From contig JBLDXI010000023.1 of assembly GCA_047495785.1 (NCBI GenBank), forward strand, positions 1-64,000: a stretch of 64,000 nt of DNA, given 5' to 3'. A model generated the notes under the pieces. That model had not been told where the DNA came from and searched no databases. It was given only the letters and a program-made list of their open reading frames with translations. This document shows positions 50,501 to 62,159 of this stretch, piece after piece. The DNA is from Lepidodermella squamata. Its lineage: Eukaryota; Animalia; Gastrotricha. Made by a program: the position numbers and the translations under genes. Each line of letters begins with the position of its first letter. Position 1 is the first letter of the stretch.

Positions 50501-51499
50501 CTAGGGCTGATTCGATTGCGAATAGCGGTTGCTACGGCGGTTGGTGATGAAGCTTCGAGACTGGTGCTGGCTAGGGATATCGTCGAAATTTTCGGTCAAT
50601 TCCTGTTCGAAGTCCTGCTCGTAGTTGTCCTGGTTTTTGAAATTCTGATTCGCTGTGAAGCCAGGGCCATAAGCTCCGTTTGGCATCGCTTGTTGGCTAA
50701 ACTGTGCTGGCTGTTGCTGCTGGTGGCCGCCGTAACCATAAGCTGGTCGTTGTGGAACGGGTTGTTGCCCACGCGAGTGAGTCCACGGATTCGTCGGCCG
50801 GGTGAAGGCCTGCTGGCCACTGGGTGGTTGATTTTGTCCTCCTTGGCGTTCCTGGGCTTTGCGTCTGGCGTCAGCGGCTCTCTGACGATTCGACCACCTG
50901 TTTTGCTGGTTGTTGTTTTGCTGTGTCGTGGCACCTGTTTGTTTCTCGACCTTTCCAAGTGCGGATTTGAAGACGAAGTTGCCGTAGCGCTCCGTTAGCA
51001 GCTTGTTTCCTACGATGCGAAAGTTCATATCGGGCGATTTGTCGTTTTCGCTCTCGATAAGTTGAGTCACCTTGGCCTGGAGAGCCTTGTTGATAGCCAT
51101 CTTGTGGGGCGTCCGATATCTCACGGCGATGACGTTGTTCTGCGCTAGAAACTTGCGATTCTCGGGCGCCAGAACCTCAAGGATGTAATGCTCATCGGCC
51201 GGGGCCAGCGTGACATGGATTTGTCGCGAGATGATCTGGCCGTTTGCAGCTTGCTTGGGTGGCCCAAACCGCTGGCAGACCATAGGCACGCTCACCAAGG
51301 CCGGGATCGCCTTTTCGATCTCGGTAATCATATCGAATTCGCACTCGTTGCGGGATTCCGGGATGTTGGAGACCAGGATTGAGGCTCTGAAAAGATGGTT
51401 TTCTACACGGCACAGCCGGCGGGCCTGGTCGTTTGAGACCATCGTCAGCCTCTGAACCTCGGTTTCGAGGCAATTAATCCGGTTAATAAGGTCTTCCAT
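50501..51499 (-). CDS. LINE ORF1: coiled coil + RRM-like domain + Q/N-rich tail
   Basis: Lies upstream of ORF2 on the same strand. First ATG is at 51499 (MEDLINRINCLETEVQRL), followed by an ILVSNIPE motif typical of RRM-type ORF1 proteins. Confidence 0.8.
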   Translation of the reverse strand: MEDLINRINCLETEVQRLTMVSNDQARRLCRVENHLFRASILVSNIPESRNECEFDMITEIEKAIPALVSVPMVCQRFGPPKQAANGQIISRQIHVTLAPADEHYILEVLAPENRKFLAQNNVIAVRYRTPHKMAINKALQAKVTQLIESENDKSPDMNFRIVGNKLLTERYGNFVFKSALGKVEKQTGATTQQNNNQQNRWSNRQRAADARRKAQERQGGQNQPPSGQQAFTRPTNPWTHSRGQQPVPQRPAYGYGGHQQQQPAQFSQQAMPNGAYGPGFTANQNFKNQDNYEQDFEQELTENFDDIPSQHQSRSFITNRRSNRYSQSNQP

Positions 51500-52264
51500 T
51501 GATAGAAAGTGTGTAGTAAAGCGCAGAAGCACACGTTTGCAAAAAAAAGAAAAGCAAGTTGCTTTTAGAACGAAAAATTTGTAAATGAATTAACACTGAA
51601 ATTAGCACTGAAAACGATGAAATTAAAAAAATGGAGGTCGCAGCTGGTTGAGGATTTTTTATTTTGGGTGTCGAGAAGCCCTGTATATGCTATCCCGAGC
51701 GTTTCAAATATCAAAGAGTATTTGGTAAACGCTGAACGCTTTCACAATATCACATGAAAATCATCACCATTTGTTAATTTGGTGTGAATTTCAAGAAAAA
51801 TTGTTGAGAATTGTATGACTGAAGTCGCATCAAAACCCTTCTAGAAAAAAGAAGAACTGCTGAACAAAATGTTGCTATCTCACCTTAGTCGCAAAGTGTC
51901 AAATTTCACGTAAAGCCCGGCTTCGGATGCTCATGGTGTCATCAGATGCACAACGGGATCCTCGTCGCCGCCTACTCGATCGTGAAGCTTCAACGATGCT
52001 TTCCTGCCTGATTAGCTGTGTTCAGCAGTCGCGATCCAGTACTACTAAGACACCGTCGGGCGGGCGGCTGTCGTCCACACTGAAACTTCGACAACAAACT
52101 CTTTTAAGAAAATGCTTTCGCAATCTTCTTTTCATTTTTCGGAGGACATGTCCGGCTAATACCTTCTTGCACCAACTCATTAAATTGATTGCAGATAGCG
52201 AAAGCATTCACAGACAGATTTTTGATCGCGTCGGCTTCGTAGCCAATCTTAACTACGTAAAATT

Positions 52265-55090
52265 ATGCTTCTATCACTTGCATGCATCGCAGTCACGTTA
52301 TCGCAAGCCAACTGCCAGCCGCTCATCACGCTGAATGAACCCATGCCAGATGTAGTGCGGGCGCCAATCACCAACTCGTCGAAGCGCCTTGCCATTCGAG
52401 TGCTGACGACCATGACTTACACCGGCGTGTTCCCGGGCGGGCCTCTGTGCACTGTCGCCACTGAGGCGGCTCTTGCTAACCTGAGAAAGCTGCCCAACTG
52501 GCTGCCCGACTACGACCTTGAGTTCGAACTATTCGACGATGTCGTAAGTAGACTCAGGAATTGATACTTCATGTGTTACTTGCAATTTAATAAACGGCAG
52601 TGCGACGACGGGGTTGGATTCAATGAATTACTTTCACGGCTACGAAACTACGAAAACGAAGACCGATTTCCGCTGGTTCTAGCGTCAGAGTGCGCTGCTC
52701 AGGCACAAGTTTTGTCAGCAAAGGTTCTGCGGCATTACAACCACATCGGGGTTAGTTGAATTTGTATTGGTAACCAGGCATAAGGTAGCTTTCAGATAGC
52801 CCTGTTTCCTCTATCCGTGGATGTGGCTCTGAATCGCAAGAAATTCGACCACCTGGTGGCGTTGGGCGAGCAGCCGGACTTTTACTACGCAGCCATGGTC
52901 GATTTCGTTGTCGCCATGAACTGGACCCGCGTCGCTGCTCTCTCTGAGATCGTACCTCTCTTCAACATTGTAATGTCTTTTGTGACTCCATGAAATCTCT
53001 CACCATTGAAAGATCTGTTTATTCTCAATTAGCTTGATTCGTTCCTGGTGCAGCACCTGGACAAGCATCACATCCAGCTGATCTACATGGAGCAGATCAG
53101 CTTCGAGTTCGACGTGCGGTCGTTCTCGCTCGAGGAATTCCGAGAGAGGGACGCGCGCATCATCGTAGTAAGCGTGTTCCAGGGCGCTCTCGCCGCCTGC
53201 GTCCTGCACCGCAACGGCTTCCACGGCCGCAAGTTCGTGTTCCTGTTCTTTGGCTGGGACAACATCGGCGAGCCGCCGAATATCCCGCCCGAGGCGGCCG
53301 ACTGGTGTACGCAAGATATGGTCTACGAAGTTCTCAAGTCCGTCATCCGATTCACAGACACAACGTGGAACACTGTGCTGGGTGACGGCTTTCGAGATGT
53401 GACTAACCAGTCGATGGCCGATCTGTATGCCGAGCTAGATCGATCTATTGTCAACCCACGCTCATCGACAGGGTTCGACTATTGGCCCGAGATATGCTAC
53501 GATCGAACTGTTGCAACGGGTCTCGCATTAAACATGACCGAGGCCGCACTCAATGAGAGTAAGTTCAATTTCAAACGATCTCTACTCAGCTACGTTGAGC
53601 ATTGATTGAATCATAGGAAACCAAACATTGGCGGATTGGTTGGTCACAACTGATACCATAAGGAGAAATGGCGATGAACTGGTTTCGGTGATGAAGGAAG
53701 TTATGCTGAACCTCAAATTTACGGGCCTGAAGGCCGACTACGAATTCGATCGGGCGACTCGGGGGTCGAAAACGTTGTTCCCGGTCAGCTTCTCGCAGGC
53801 CGTGATCGCCAACACATCGAAAATGACAGGCCAATCTTCTGTGACCATCGCCATCGCCGTACCTGTGCGCAACAGCAATCGATCTCTGACACTGACGCTG
53901 CAGCGGATGAACTGGGGAACAGTTCCTCGCGATTCTCTCTTGATTGACCAAGTTCGCAAGCCGTTCATATCCGTTGCAGGCAATGCTGTCCTGAAAGGTG
54001 AGTTCATATCATGCGCCAAGAAACGATATCGTTCAGCCGTATGCTGTTTTCTTAGCTTTGGCCATTTTAGTTCTTATCGCAACTATCGCATGCGTCGCGC
54101 TGCCATCGATGGCGATAGTGAAGAGCCGATATGCTTCGTTACGCATTGACACCGTCGATTGGCTAATGCTGGTGAGCGATGGCCTACTCTTACTGCACGT
54201 CCTCGTTATTCCAGTGAGATCGTCTCAATCGATGCATATCGACTGCTCGATCTCCGCCTGCATATGCTCGGTAGGCATTTCGCTGAATCTTGCAGCAGTC
54301 TCAACTCGGCTGACCGAAGAGTTGAAGCACAAATACAGCAGGCAGTCGTTCGTCATCCATTGGATCAATTGGGGCGTGAAATTCAGAGGGGCTTTCAGCG
54401 TCGGTTGGACGCTTCTGCAGACAGGCCTCACTGCTTCTTCGCTCGCAATCGCGCCCTTTGCGGTTGTCAAATCGGAGTCGCCAGTTACGCTTATCGACGC
54501 GGATGGAGACATGGCCGTAGTAGAGTACCGCCTCGAGTGCGTCTCGCAGGGCATATCTTCACCTGCAGCCGCAGGACTTATGGTTACGTCGCTAGTCAGC
54601 AACTTGCTGCTCTTGCTTCACAGCCTGTGTTTGGCGGTGCTGAGACTGAGAAAGCGTCGACCTGCTGTCGCGTTGGCAAATCAATCATCGGCAAACCAGC
54701 AATTCGAATCGCGCAATCGCGTGGATTCGGTAAGCCTCTAGAATTTATGATATTTTTAGGAAAATCAGCATCTGAGCGTGATAGTTTTAAATGCTTTTTT
54801 GGTTAACATTTAACATGCTTTCAATTTGGCAGACGACGCAGCCCCGGCGAGCCCGCTGGATGGCGAACCTAGCCCTGGGCAACTTTGGCATTGTCGTTGC
54901 GTCGGCGCTTATCACTGTATTGGGACTGCGAAATAGCCGCCACATTTTCGTTGTTGTCGCGACCGGGGCGATCTGCTTAGCGATCCTCAACCTGGTAATG
55001 CTGTGCGGAAACAAGCTGCAGATCCAACAAATTGCACGTGCGAAGCTGAAAAAACAGGTTGCACCTCTGAGGGACATGAAGCCATCCTGA
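52265..55090 (+). CDS. GABA-B-type class C GPCR, copy 4 (about 813 aa); exons 52265-52543, 52601-52750, 52796-52969, 53033-53558, 53617-53997, 54056-54729, 54833-55090
   Basis: Signal peptide; GVFPGGPLC...NWLPDYDL...DDVCD; RERDARIIV...GRKFVFLFFGW; seven TM segments; GT-AG introns at positions homologous to copies 1 and 2. Confidence 0.88.
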
Positions 55091-55091
55091 G

Positions 55092-55140
55092 CTCTCTCTT
55101 TCTCTGTCTCTCTCTCTGTCTCTCTGTCTATCTCTCTCTC
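55092..55140. repeat. Imperfect (CT)n microsatellite immediately after the copy 4 stop codon
   Basis: Read directly from the sequence. Confidence 0.85.
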
Positions 55141-55919
55141 ATTCCGACGGAGTCAGCGAGACATAACTTTAACGTCGCTTCAGAAATAAAATTTCAAATC
55201 ATTTTATTGCGCGATAACGTGCTGCAAAAATTTCGCCCCGATTGGCGCTGCTTAATAAAATGAAGGAGATTTCGTCGCAGATTAGGTTCTTGACCAGGGT
55301 GATACGCAAGATCCGGTCAAGTAGATCCCAGCTTGTGTGATTTTATCATTATGGTTTCTTATCTGTCGTGAAAGGTGAGGGGCTGAAAAATTGCAAAATT
55401 GAAATGAAAGAAGATTGAGATTATCTTTATTGAAATTTGCTAATCTAAAGTTGGTTACGAAACTAATAATTTGCTGTTATATAAACATACGATATAAACA
55501 TCTACGGTGGACATTTTGTACAAGGATGGTTGAAAACTCGCACTCATGTAGTCAATCACGATGCACCTATATAACCCCTCATATTCGTAGCTTCAAGACT
55601 GACAATTTTGCTCATGTTCTCGGGTAGAAAATCAGGAAGCAATCGCCCAGTGGAGAAAAAATGCATCTGCTAATGATGTCAATTTTCGTGTGCTCAATCT
55701 TCCCAGCTAATAAATCAAACGCGGCTCTAATTCTGAGCCCTGTGACGTCAAACATGTATGTGTTTCTTTATTTCGTTTTAGCATGTTATATGATAAGCAG
55801 CTGCTAATCAACCTCCGCCAGGCAGTGTCGATATGCGTCAGTCAATTCGAGTTGCCTATATTTCCGAATTGCGAAGCACATATCATCTTAAAGGCTTGAG
55901 ACAAACAGGTTTTGAAATC

Positions 55920-58821
55920 ATGATGCTAAAGTTGCAAGTCACTAACTTCTTTCTTGTCAATCTTCTGATGCTGCCAAGCAATCATGTAGCCGCTCGGCTG
56001 AACATGACCGATCCCATGCCTGACCTGGTCATGTCACGTGATGCTGTCGAGTCAGCTTCGAATCGAACTCTCATCCGCATAATAACCAGCATCACGTACA
56101 GCGGGTTGTTCGGTTCTGGGCCGATTTGCGCTGTCGCGGCAACATCTGCACTTGAGAATCTGCGTAAACAGCGCAATTGGTTGCCTGATTACCAAGTAGG
56201 GTTCGAATTTTTCGACGACGCTGTAAGCCATATTGATTTATCCGCCGATTAAAAGTAAAATTGACAATTTTACTGTTTCAAGTGTGACAATAGTGTGGCG
56301 TTCAATGAGCTGATGCTACGAGTTCGATCGAGTGACTCATCCGAGAATCAGTTCCCACTCGTGTTGCTCAGCGAGTGCATTGACCAGGCGCAGAAGCTGT
56401 CGAGCATGGCTCTTCAATTCGTCAACTTCATCGGGGCATGTTTACCTAATTTACCTAATCGGAAATATGCTAACACGCACTTTTAAACAGGTGGCTGGCC
56501 TACCGCTAACGGTCGAACAAGTGACGGATAGACAGCGGTATCGAAATTTCTTTGCTTTTGGCGAGCAGCCGGATTTTTACTACGCTGCACTCGCTGAATA
56601 CCTCGCTGCAATGAACTGGCGCAAAGTTGGCATTCTCTCTGAAACGGACATGTTTTTCACTTTGGCTAGCTTTAGCTTGGCAGTTCACAGCATTGTTCAT
56701 GCTTGTCTTTCTTTCAGATGGACAATTACTTGGTGAAGCATTTGGACAACCACGGTATCCAGCTACTGTACATGGAGAAGGTCAATTTCGGCCTAGATTT
56801 GGACAGCCACACTCTAGATCAATTCGCGTCGCATGACCCTCGCATTATCATCGTACAAGTGTTTTATGGCACCCTCGCTGCGTGCATCCTGCACCGTGCA
56901 GGCTTCCACGGGCCCAAGTACGTGTTTTTCTTCTACGGCTGGGACAACATTGGCAAGAGCCCGGAAGTGCCGCCCGAGGCTGCGGAATGGTGCACACAGG
57001 AGATGATTTTGCAAGTCGCCGCCAGTGTCATCCGGTATAGCGACACGAACTGGAACGCGGTTTACGGAGCGAATTTTACTGACATGTCCGGGCAGTCGAT
57101 GGCTGGGCTGAAACGCACTCTGCTAAGCGAAATTAATGATCCAGATCTTAGTCTGGGCTACGATTACTGGCCGGAGCTTTGCTACGATAGAGCTATCGCT
57201 GTTGGCGTTGCTCTGAACTTGACCGAAGCCGAATTAAGCAAGAGTACGCTATTCAAATCTCCGATTCTTTGAATGTTTTCTCATATTTGTCAACTCTTTA
57301 CAGGAAACCAAACTCTGTCGCAATGGTTCACGAATACGGAACTTTTTCAAACTCGTGGCCGTGAATTGGCGAGTTTGATGCGCTCTGCTATAGCTACCAC
57401 TGAATTCGTCGGTCTGAAGGCGAAATACGCATTCGACGGGACAACAGGCGAGTCCAAGGTGAAGTTTCCAGTTTCTTTCAGTCAAACGGTGGTTGAAGAA
57501 AACATGAGTCACTACGTTCCGATCGTCTTCATAGTTTCAACAGCTGGATCCAAGAAGCAACTCGTAGCATCTCGATTTTCGGCTGCAAATTGGCGAACAA
57601 CCGGCAACGTTCCACCTGTAGATTCGCTGAGAATCCTTCGTGTTCTAGAGAGGCCAGTGTCACTGGTTGCCAACGTAGTTATCAAAGGTTAGGGAACGAT
57701 AGTTATATTTCAATTTTGTTCACAATGCGCCAAGTTTATCTTCTCGAGATTTTTTTCTTTTATTCCCACCAACTTTTTTGTTCGTTTTTTTCCATTCAGT
57801 GTTGGGTTGTTTGCTTTTAATCGCTGTGATCAGTTGCTTTATCGCGATACGTAGAGTAAGAAATTCCGACCTTTCTAACAGCGTCATCAGGCAGCGACTT
57901 GCGAGGGCGCCGCGCAATAAATGGCTGGATCACTTGCTCATTGCACTAGGAAACTCCCTTATTCTAGCGAATGTTCTCGCTATTCCTATCGACGCGTCCC
58001 CAAGCATGGCCGGCAACTGCACCGCTATCGCTGTACTGAGCCAATTAGGCTTCAGCCTCGCCTTGGCAAGCGTCGCAAGTTTGATAAGCCGCGACTACGG
58101 CAGGAGAGCCTCAACATCAGCTGCAACACCAGTCAATTGGCTGAATCGCAAGTTTCACTTCAAAGGAGCTGGCTTCACCTTATCTTGGCCACTGCTTCAC
58201 GGGGTTTTGTTGGCTGTTGCCTTAGGGATTTCACCGATTAGAGTCGCTGATGTCGAGTTGCCACTTCGATCTCTAACGTCCGACTACAACGTCGCGATAT
58301 CTCCGCACAGGTTCGACTGCGAATGGTCGTTGCTGTTCGACGCTTCACATGGATTGGTTCTTCTTGGCATATCGGTTTGCATGCATTTACTACTGGTTTT
58401 ACACCTGATCCACTTGTCGCTGTCCATGCTGCGATTTCACTCTTCAATCGCTAAAGCCAAGTCAACGATGTCAGTGGCTCCAGCTCTTCGACAAGTCACG
58501 GTATGACTTTTCGCATGTTGTATTTTTTCGATCATTGATCCATTTTTTCCATTCTAGCGAGTGACGTCGGCGATAAAGCGCAAGGAAAGTTATGGCACAT
58601 ACCTGCCGGCTAATTTCGTGTTCTGCGCCAGCATCGCCCTCCTCGCCGGAGTTCTCGTCTGTCTCGTCGACTCGAGCAGCGTGCCGCATCTGCTGATCAC
58701 GCAGGCCGTCACGTCACTCGCCTTCGTCGCCCTTTCTATAGGCTTTCTCTTCGCACCTGCACTATCGAAGCAATCGCCAGCAGTAAACGGCGACGAACGT
58801 CGTTCTACAGCTCAAATCTAA
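55920..58821 (+). CDS. GABA-B-type class C GPCR, copy 5 (about 834 aa); exons 55920-56222, 56283-56435, 56491-56664, 56718-57243, 57304-57687, 57800-58500, 58558-58821
   Basis: Same motifs and exon sizes (153, 174, 526 nt) as the paralogues. The model uses GC donors at introns 2 and 3. Confidence 0.82.
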
Positions 58822-59038
58822 CAGTTGAGGCTCGCGCCATTCCTCAGTCGATTCAGCGTAGAGCTATGCGCTTTTTACTGCGATTAACTAGCGGTAAAAC
58901 CCGCGATCAAACGCAGGATTTTGCTTTCTCGTTATCATATTTAACAAATTGTATACAGTCGAAACCTGTAAATATCGATGTCCCTTTTGCTATTCTGCAA
59001 TGAAAAATACTAATAAATGTCAACTGCTAATTAGGTTT

Positions 59039-60331
59039 TCAGCCTTTTGCCAATACATATCGAACGAATCCATATTGAAAAATCACTGAGATAGTTAACA
59101 AGAGTAGCGTCTTAACCGAAGCCTCTCGATGCGCCTGATTTTCCAGCATCTTGCTTTCACCGTAAGATGAGAACGATGAATCTGACGTCCGCTGTTTCAC
59201 GAATTTCGGCGCATATGCGTAGATGATTCGCGAAGCCGTAGCATAAATCATGCCATTGTGATAAGAAATCACGTCGTCGATAGCTCGGCCTCCGTCGTCG
59301 TCGCAACACAACCAGTTGCCTGTTGCCTTGTCAAAAACAACCAAGCCGTTCGAAGACGTAATGAGCACGTTGTCGAGGACAACGAGATTGCCAGCCGACA
59401 GAGGCTGATTAGTCGAAGAGTACCGCTTAGCCAACCGGCCTGTTCTCAGGTCGTAAGCGTAGATTTCGCGATCGCACAGGCGGTAGACGTGGAATAAATC
59501 GACAGATACCCTCAAGTCCGTACACCTTTCCCTGGCTGTCCACTGAATAGTCCGATTTCGCAAAGCCATTGCAGTCAGTAGATCGTGTCGCAGCAGAAAC
59601 ACGATGTGGTCTCGCGAAATGGCGACTTGCGCCAGCCACCGGTCGCTGTTTGTGTTGAAGTTGAAACGCGTGCTCCACGTGACAGCTCCGCTTTCAGTCG
59701 AATATTCGTAGAATTTGATCGTGTTACGGCCGTACAGCTGCGATCCGTCAGCGCTGAGTACGAGATGGCTTGGCAAGCTAGCAGCTGAGTTTACGTCAAA
59801 CTTGTTGTCTCGTTCGCCCGTCGCCAGGTCGTAAGCCCCGATGATATTGTGGCATTCAGCCGTGAAAAGCCTGCCCAGCCTCACGCTAGGCATCATCGCG
59901 TGTGGGCATGCCGCGACACTCCACATGACTCTAATGTCCGTTCCTATGCTGATTGCGTAAATTCGACCGCTGAAATGAACGAACAAAATGCCGCTCTCAG
60001 GTTCAATTATTGCTAGCGTAAGCCGTGCGCCATTGCTCTTCCCTTGCAAAAGTCTTACTTTCGATCGCAGTTGCCCTGTTGCGGCATTGATAACGTAGAC
60101 GTTGCCGCTGGTTGTTAGCTGGAAGAGGACTCCTCGGTGAATCAACGGTTCGCTATGCGACGTTTCGTTCAGGTCGATCGCCCAAGCCACTTGCATGTGA
60201 CTCAGCGGCAGTTTGAGAGACTCGGCCTTGTAGCCGGAGTGCTGCATGTCACCGCCTCGTGTCGCCCAGTCACGATGGCAGCTCGCGAACTCGAGAATGC
60301 CAAACAAAATAAAGTGCAGTAGCAGCAGCAT
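59039..60331 (-). CDS. Intronless secreted/membrane-anchored PQQ-like (BamB-type) beta-propeller protein, 430 aa
   Basis: Signal peptide; DWATRGGDMQHSGY; repeated blade motifs (VYVINAATG, AYDLATG, STESGAVTW, YAYDLRTG, VFDKATG); hydrophobic C-terminus. Confidence 0.8.
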   Translation of the reverse strand: MLLLLHFILFGILEFASCHRDWATRGGDMQHSGYKAESLKLPLSHMQVAWAIDLNETSHSEPLIHRGVLFQLTTSGNVYVINAATGQLRSKVRLLQGKSNGARLTLAIIEPESGILFVHFSGRIYAISIGTDIRVMWSVAACPHAMMPSVRLGRLFTAECHNIIGAYDLATGERDNKFDVNSAASLPSHLVLSADGSQLYGRNTIKFYEYSTESGAVTWSTRFNFNTNSDRWLAQVAISRDHIVFLLRHDLLTAMALRNRTIQWTARERCTDLRVSVDLFHVYRLCDREIYAYDLRTGRLAKRYSSTNQPLSAGNLVVLDNVLITSSNGLVVFDKATGNWLCCDDDGGRAIDDVISYHNGMIYATASRIIYAYAPKFVKQRTSDSSFSSYGESKMLENQAHREASVKTLLLLTISVIFQYGFVRYVLAKG

Positions 60332-61726
60332 TGTTGCGAATAGCCTTCAAGGCTGCATGGCGCAGCAAGTTGATAATCATGCTTAAAATCATGCTAAATC
60401 GATCTGTTTTTAATCTGTTTGAAAGCCGTGAGCACGATTTTTAAACTTGATTTACTTGATTGATGTATGCTGAGCGATGCGGACATGTAGCCAATTCATA
60501 TACACCGGCTGGTGGTTTGTTTCTCGATTTCCTCTTCGCTACTTTCTGGGTCAAGATAGCAAACCAGCGTGGCTCGATTTGCCGCTGGACCGAGTCAGGC
60601 TAATGTCGTTCGCTTTTGTAATAAAAAACGTCTACGCTGCTTTGGTGAAATTTACCGAATTTAAAAAAAAAATCAAATCTTTCCTTTAAAAAAAAAGTAG
60701 AAAAGACCTAAAATACATTTTGCCCTGAATTTCGGTCGTTAACATCTCGATTTCACATTGGTAAGATGCAAGAAAATACACAGATCCGGCTCATATGCCT
60801 ACGTGCAAATGCTGTTCAGAAATTGGTTGAATGATATGCTGCCTACATTGCCGAGATAAGCAAACTTCGGTCAGACAATTTAAAGCAGTGACGAAAACGT
60901 ATACAAGTACGAGCGAAGCGAGCAAATTTTAGAAAAATGTTGGTCCAAAGGCATTACCCGAGGCCGAAAAATCGATCATTCCTGGCTTTTTCACTAGAAA
61001 TCAAAATCAAATCAAAAGGTTCCCCCTTTGGATTTTTCTCCAAGTGCACGAAAATCCGGCCTTATGGATTTGCCTTATGGAAAATCCGGCACTGGTCTTC
61101 CTGCTTATATAGAACCTGCTGTTGTACTTGCAGTTGCTGGAGGCCTGCCCGCGCTCACCACATATTCCGTCAAGTTGAAGAGTGGCGACAGTCGTCTGCT
61201 CTCACGAATTTGCGATAATAATTTGGTTACAAAGACATCAGCCTTCAAGTTCTCGAAAAGGCTACCTCGGGCTTGATTAGCTCTATTCAAACAGCGTCGT
61301 CGCCAGCATCTCCTAGTGTTAGCTGCAAATACAAACCCTGGCTTATGCTAAAGAATTTATAGCATGAAAAACGATTTTGCTGTTACTGTTTTGTCGCATT
61401 TGGAAAAATAGACCTTGGCGAATCAAATTCGTGCCCTGTAGCCAGTTCGAGCCAGGAACGAAAGCTGATGGAATGACGCGGAATTACTAGACGAATAAGG
61501 CGAATGCTGCTCGATTTTCTCGGTATCAGGGCTGAATGCTGCCAGATTTTTGGGCCGCGCATGGCTTTTCCATTACAAAGCTATTTTGGGGTCCTCGGGT
61601 TTCACCGGTTTCATGGGTCTGAACAGAGGACAACTGTCCAATAGGTGCTTCTCCTTAAAAAATCCAATATATGTAAAATAGCCCTAACATATACTTGGCC
61701 TAAGTGTACTCTTCGAGTACATATTA

Positions 61727-62159
61727 CCGTACTGCCCGAAAAGTTAGTCAGCCTCGTTTAAAAGTCGGCCTCAAATACAAGACGGGGTCCAAGGGCCATT
61801 CGAAATAATAAAGGTCAGGCCTCAAAAATGGTCAGGTCTGGCACGCATAAATGTTTGAGGGCTCACCGCAACCTCCTTATTCAAGCATATTTAACGGAGT
61901 ATTTATTGCATCATTATAATTGATAAATTGCGAAATGGCTGAGAAAAAATTGGATTCTACTTATTTGTCATCATCATCGCTTTCTCCTCATGTTAAAAAG
62001 GTTTCTAATACAGAAAATTCACTATATATGTGATGAGTCGAGAAGGGTTCGAAATAATAAAGGTCAGGCCTCAAATAAAGGGCGGTCCCAAATGTAAGAC
62101 GGGGTTTTGACTTGATTTGAAAAAAATAAAGAACAGGCCCTACAATTCGGGCAGTACGG
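61727..62159. mobile_element. Tc1/mariner(pogo)-like MITE
   Basis: 14-bp TIR CCGTACTGCCCGAA, TA on both flanks, and an internal direct repeat ttcgaaataataaaggtcaggcctcaaa. Confidence 0.78.

Larger units (their letters stand above)
46484..51738 (-). mobile_element. Two-ORF non-LTR retrotransposon (APE-type LINE, tentatively RTE-X-like); outer boundaries uncertain
   Basis: ORF1 plus an intact APE-RT ORF2. Limits are taken from a possible 11-bp direct repeat gctttcacaat (46473, 51739) and a 3' hairpin at about 46515-46537; these limits are tentative. Confidence 0.8.

Noticed and set aside
50255-50998. 247-aa plus-strand ORF
   Set aside because: It is an antisense shadow of LINE ORF1/ORF2.
60937-61290. 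Short overlapping ORFs upstream of the propeller gene
   Set aside because: No identifiable homology or gene structure.
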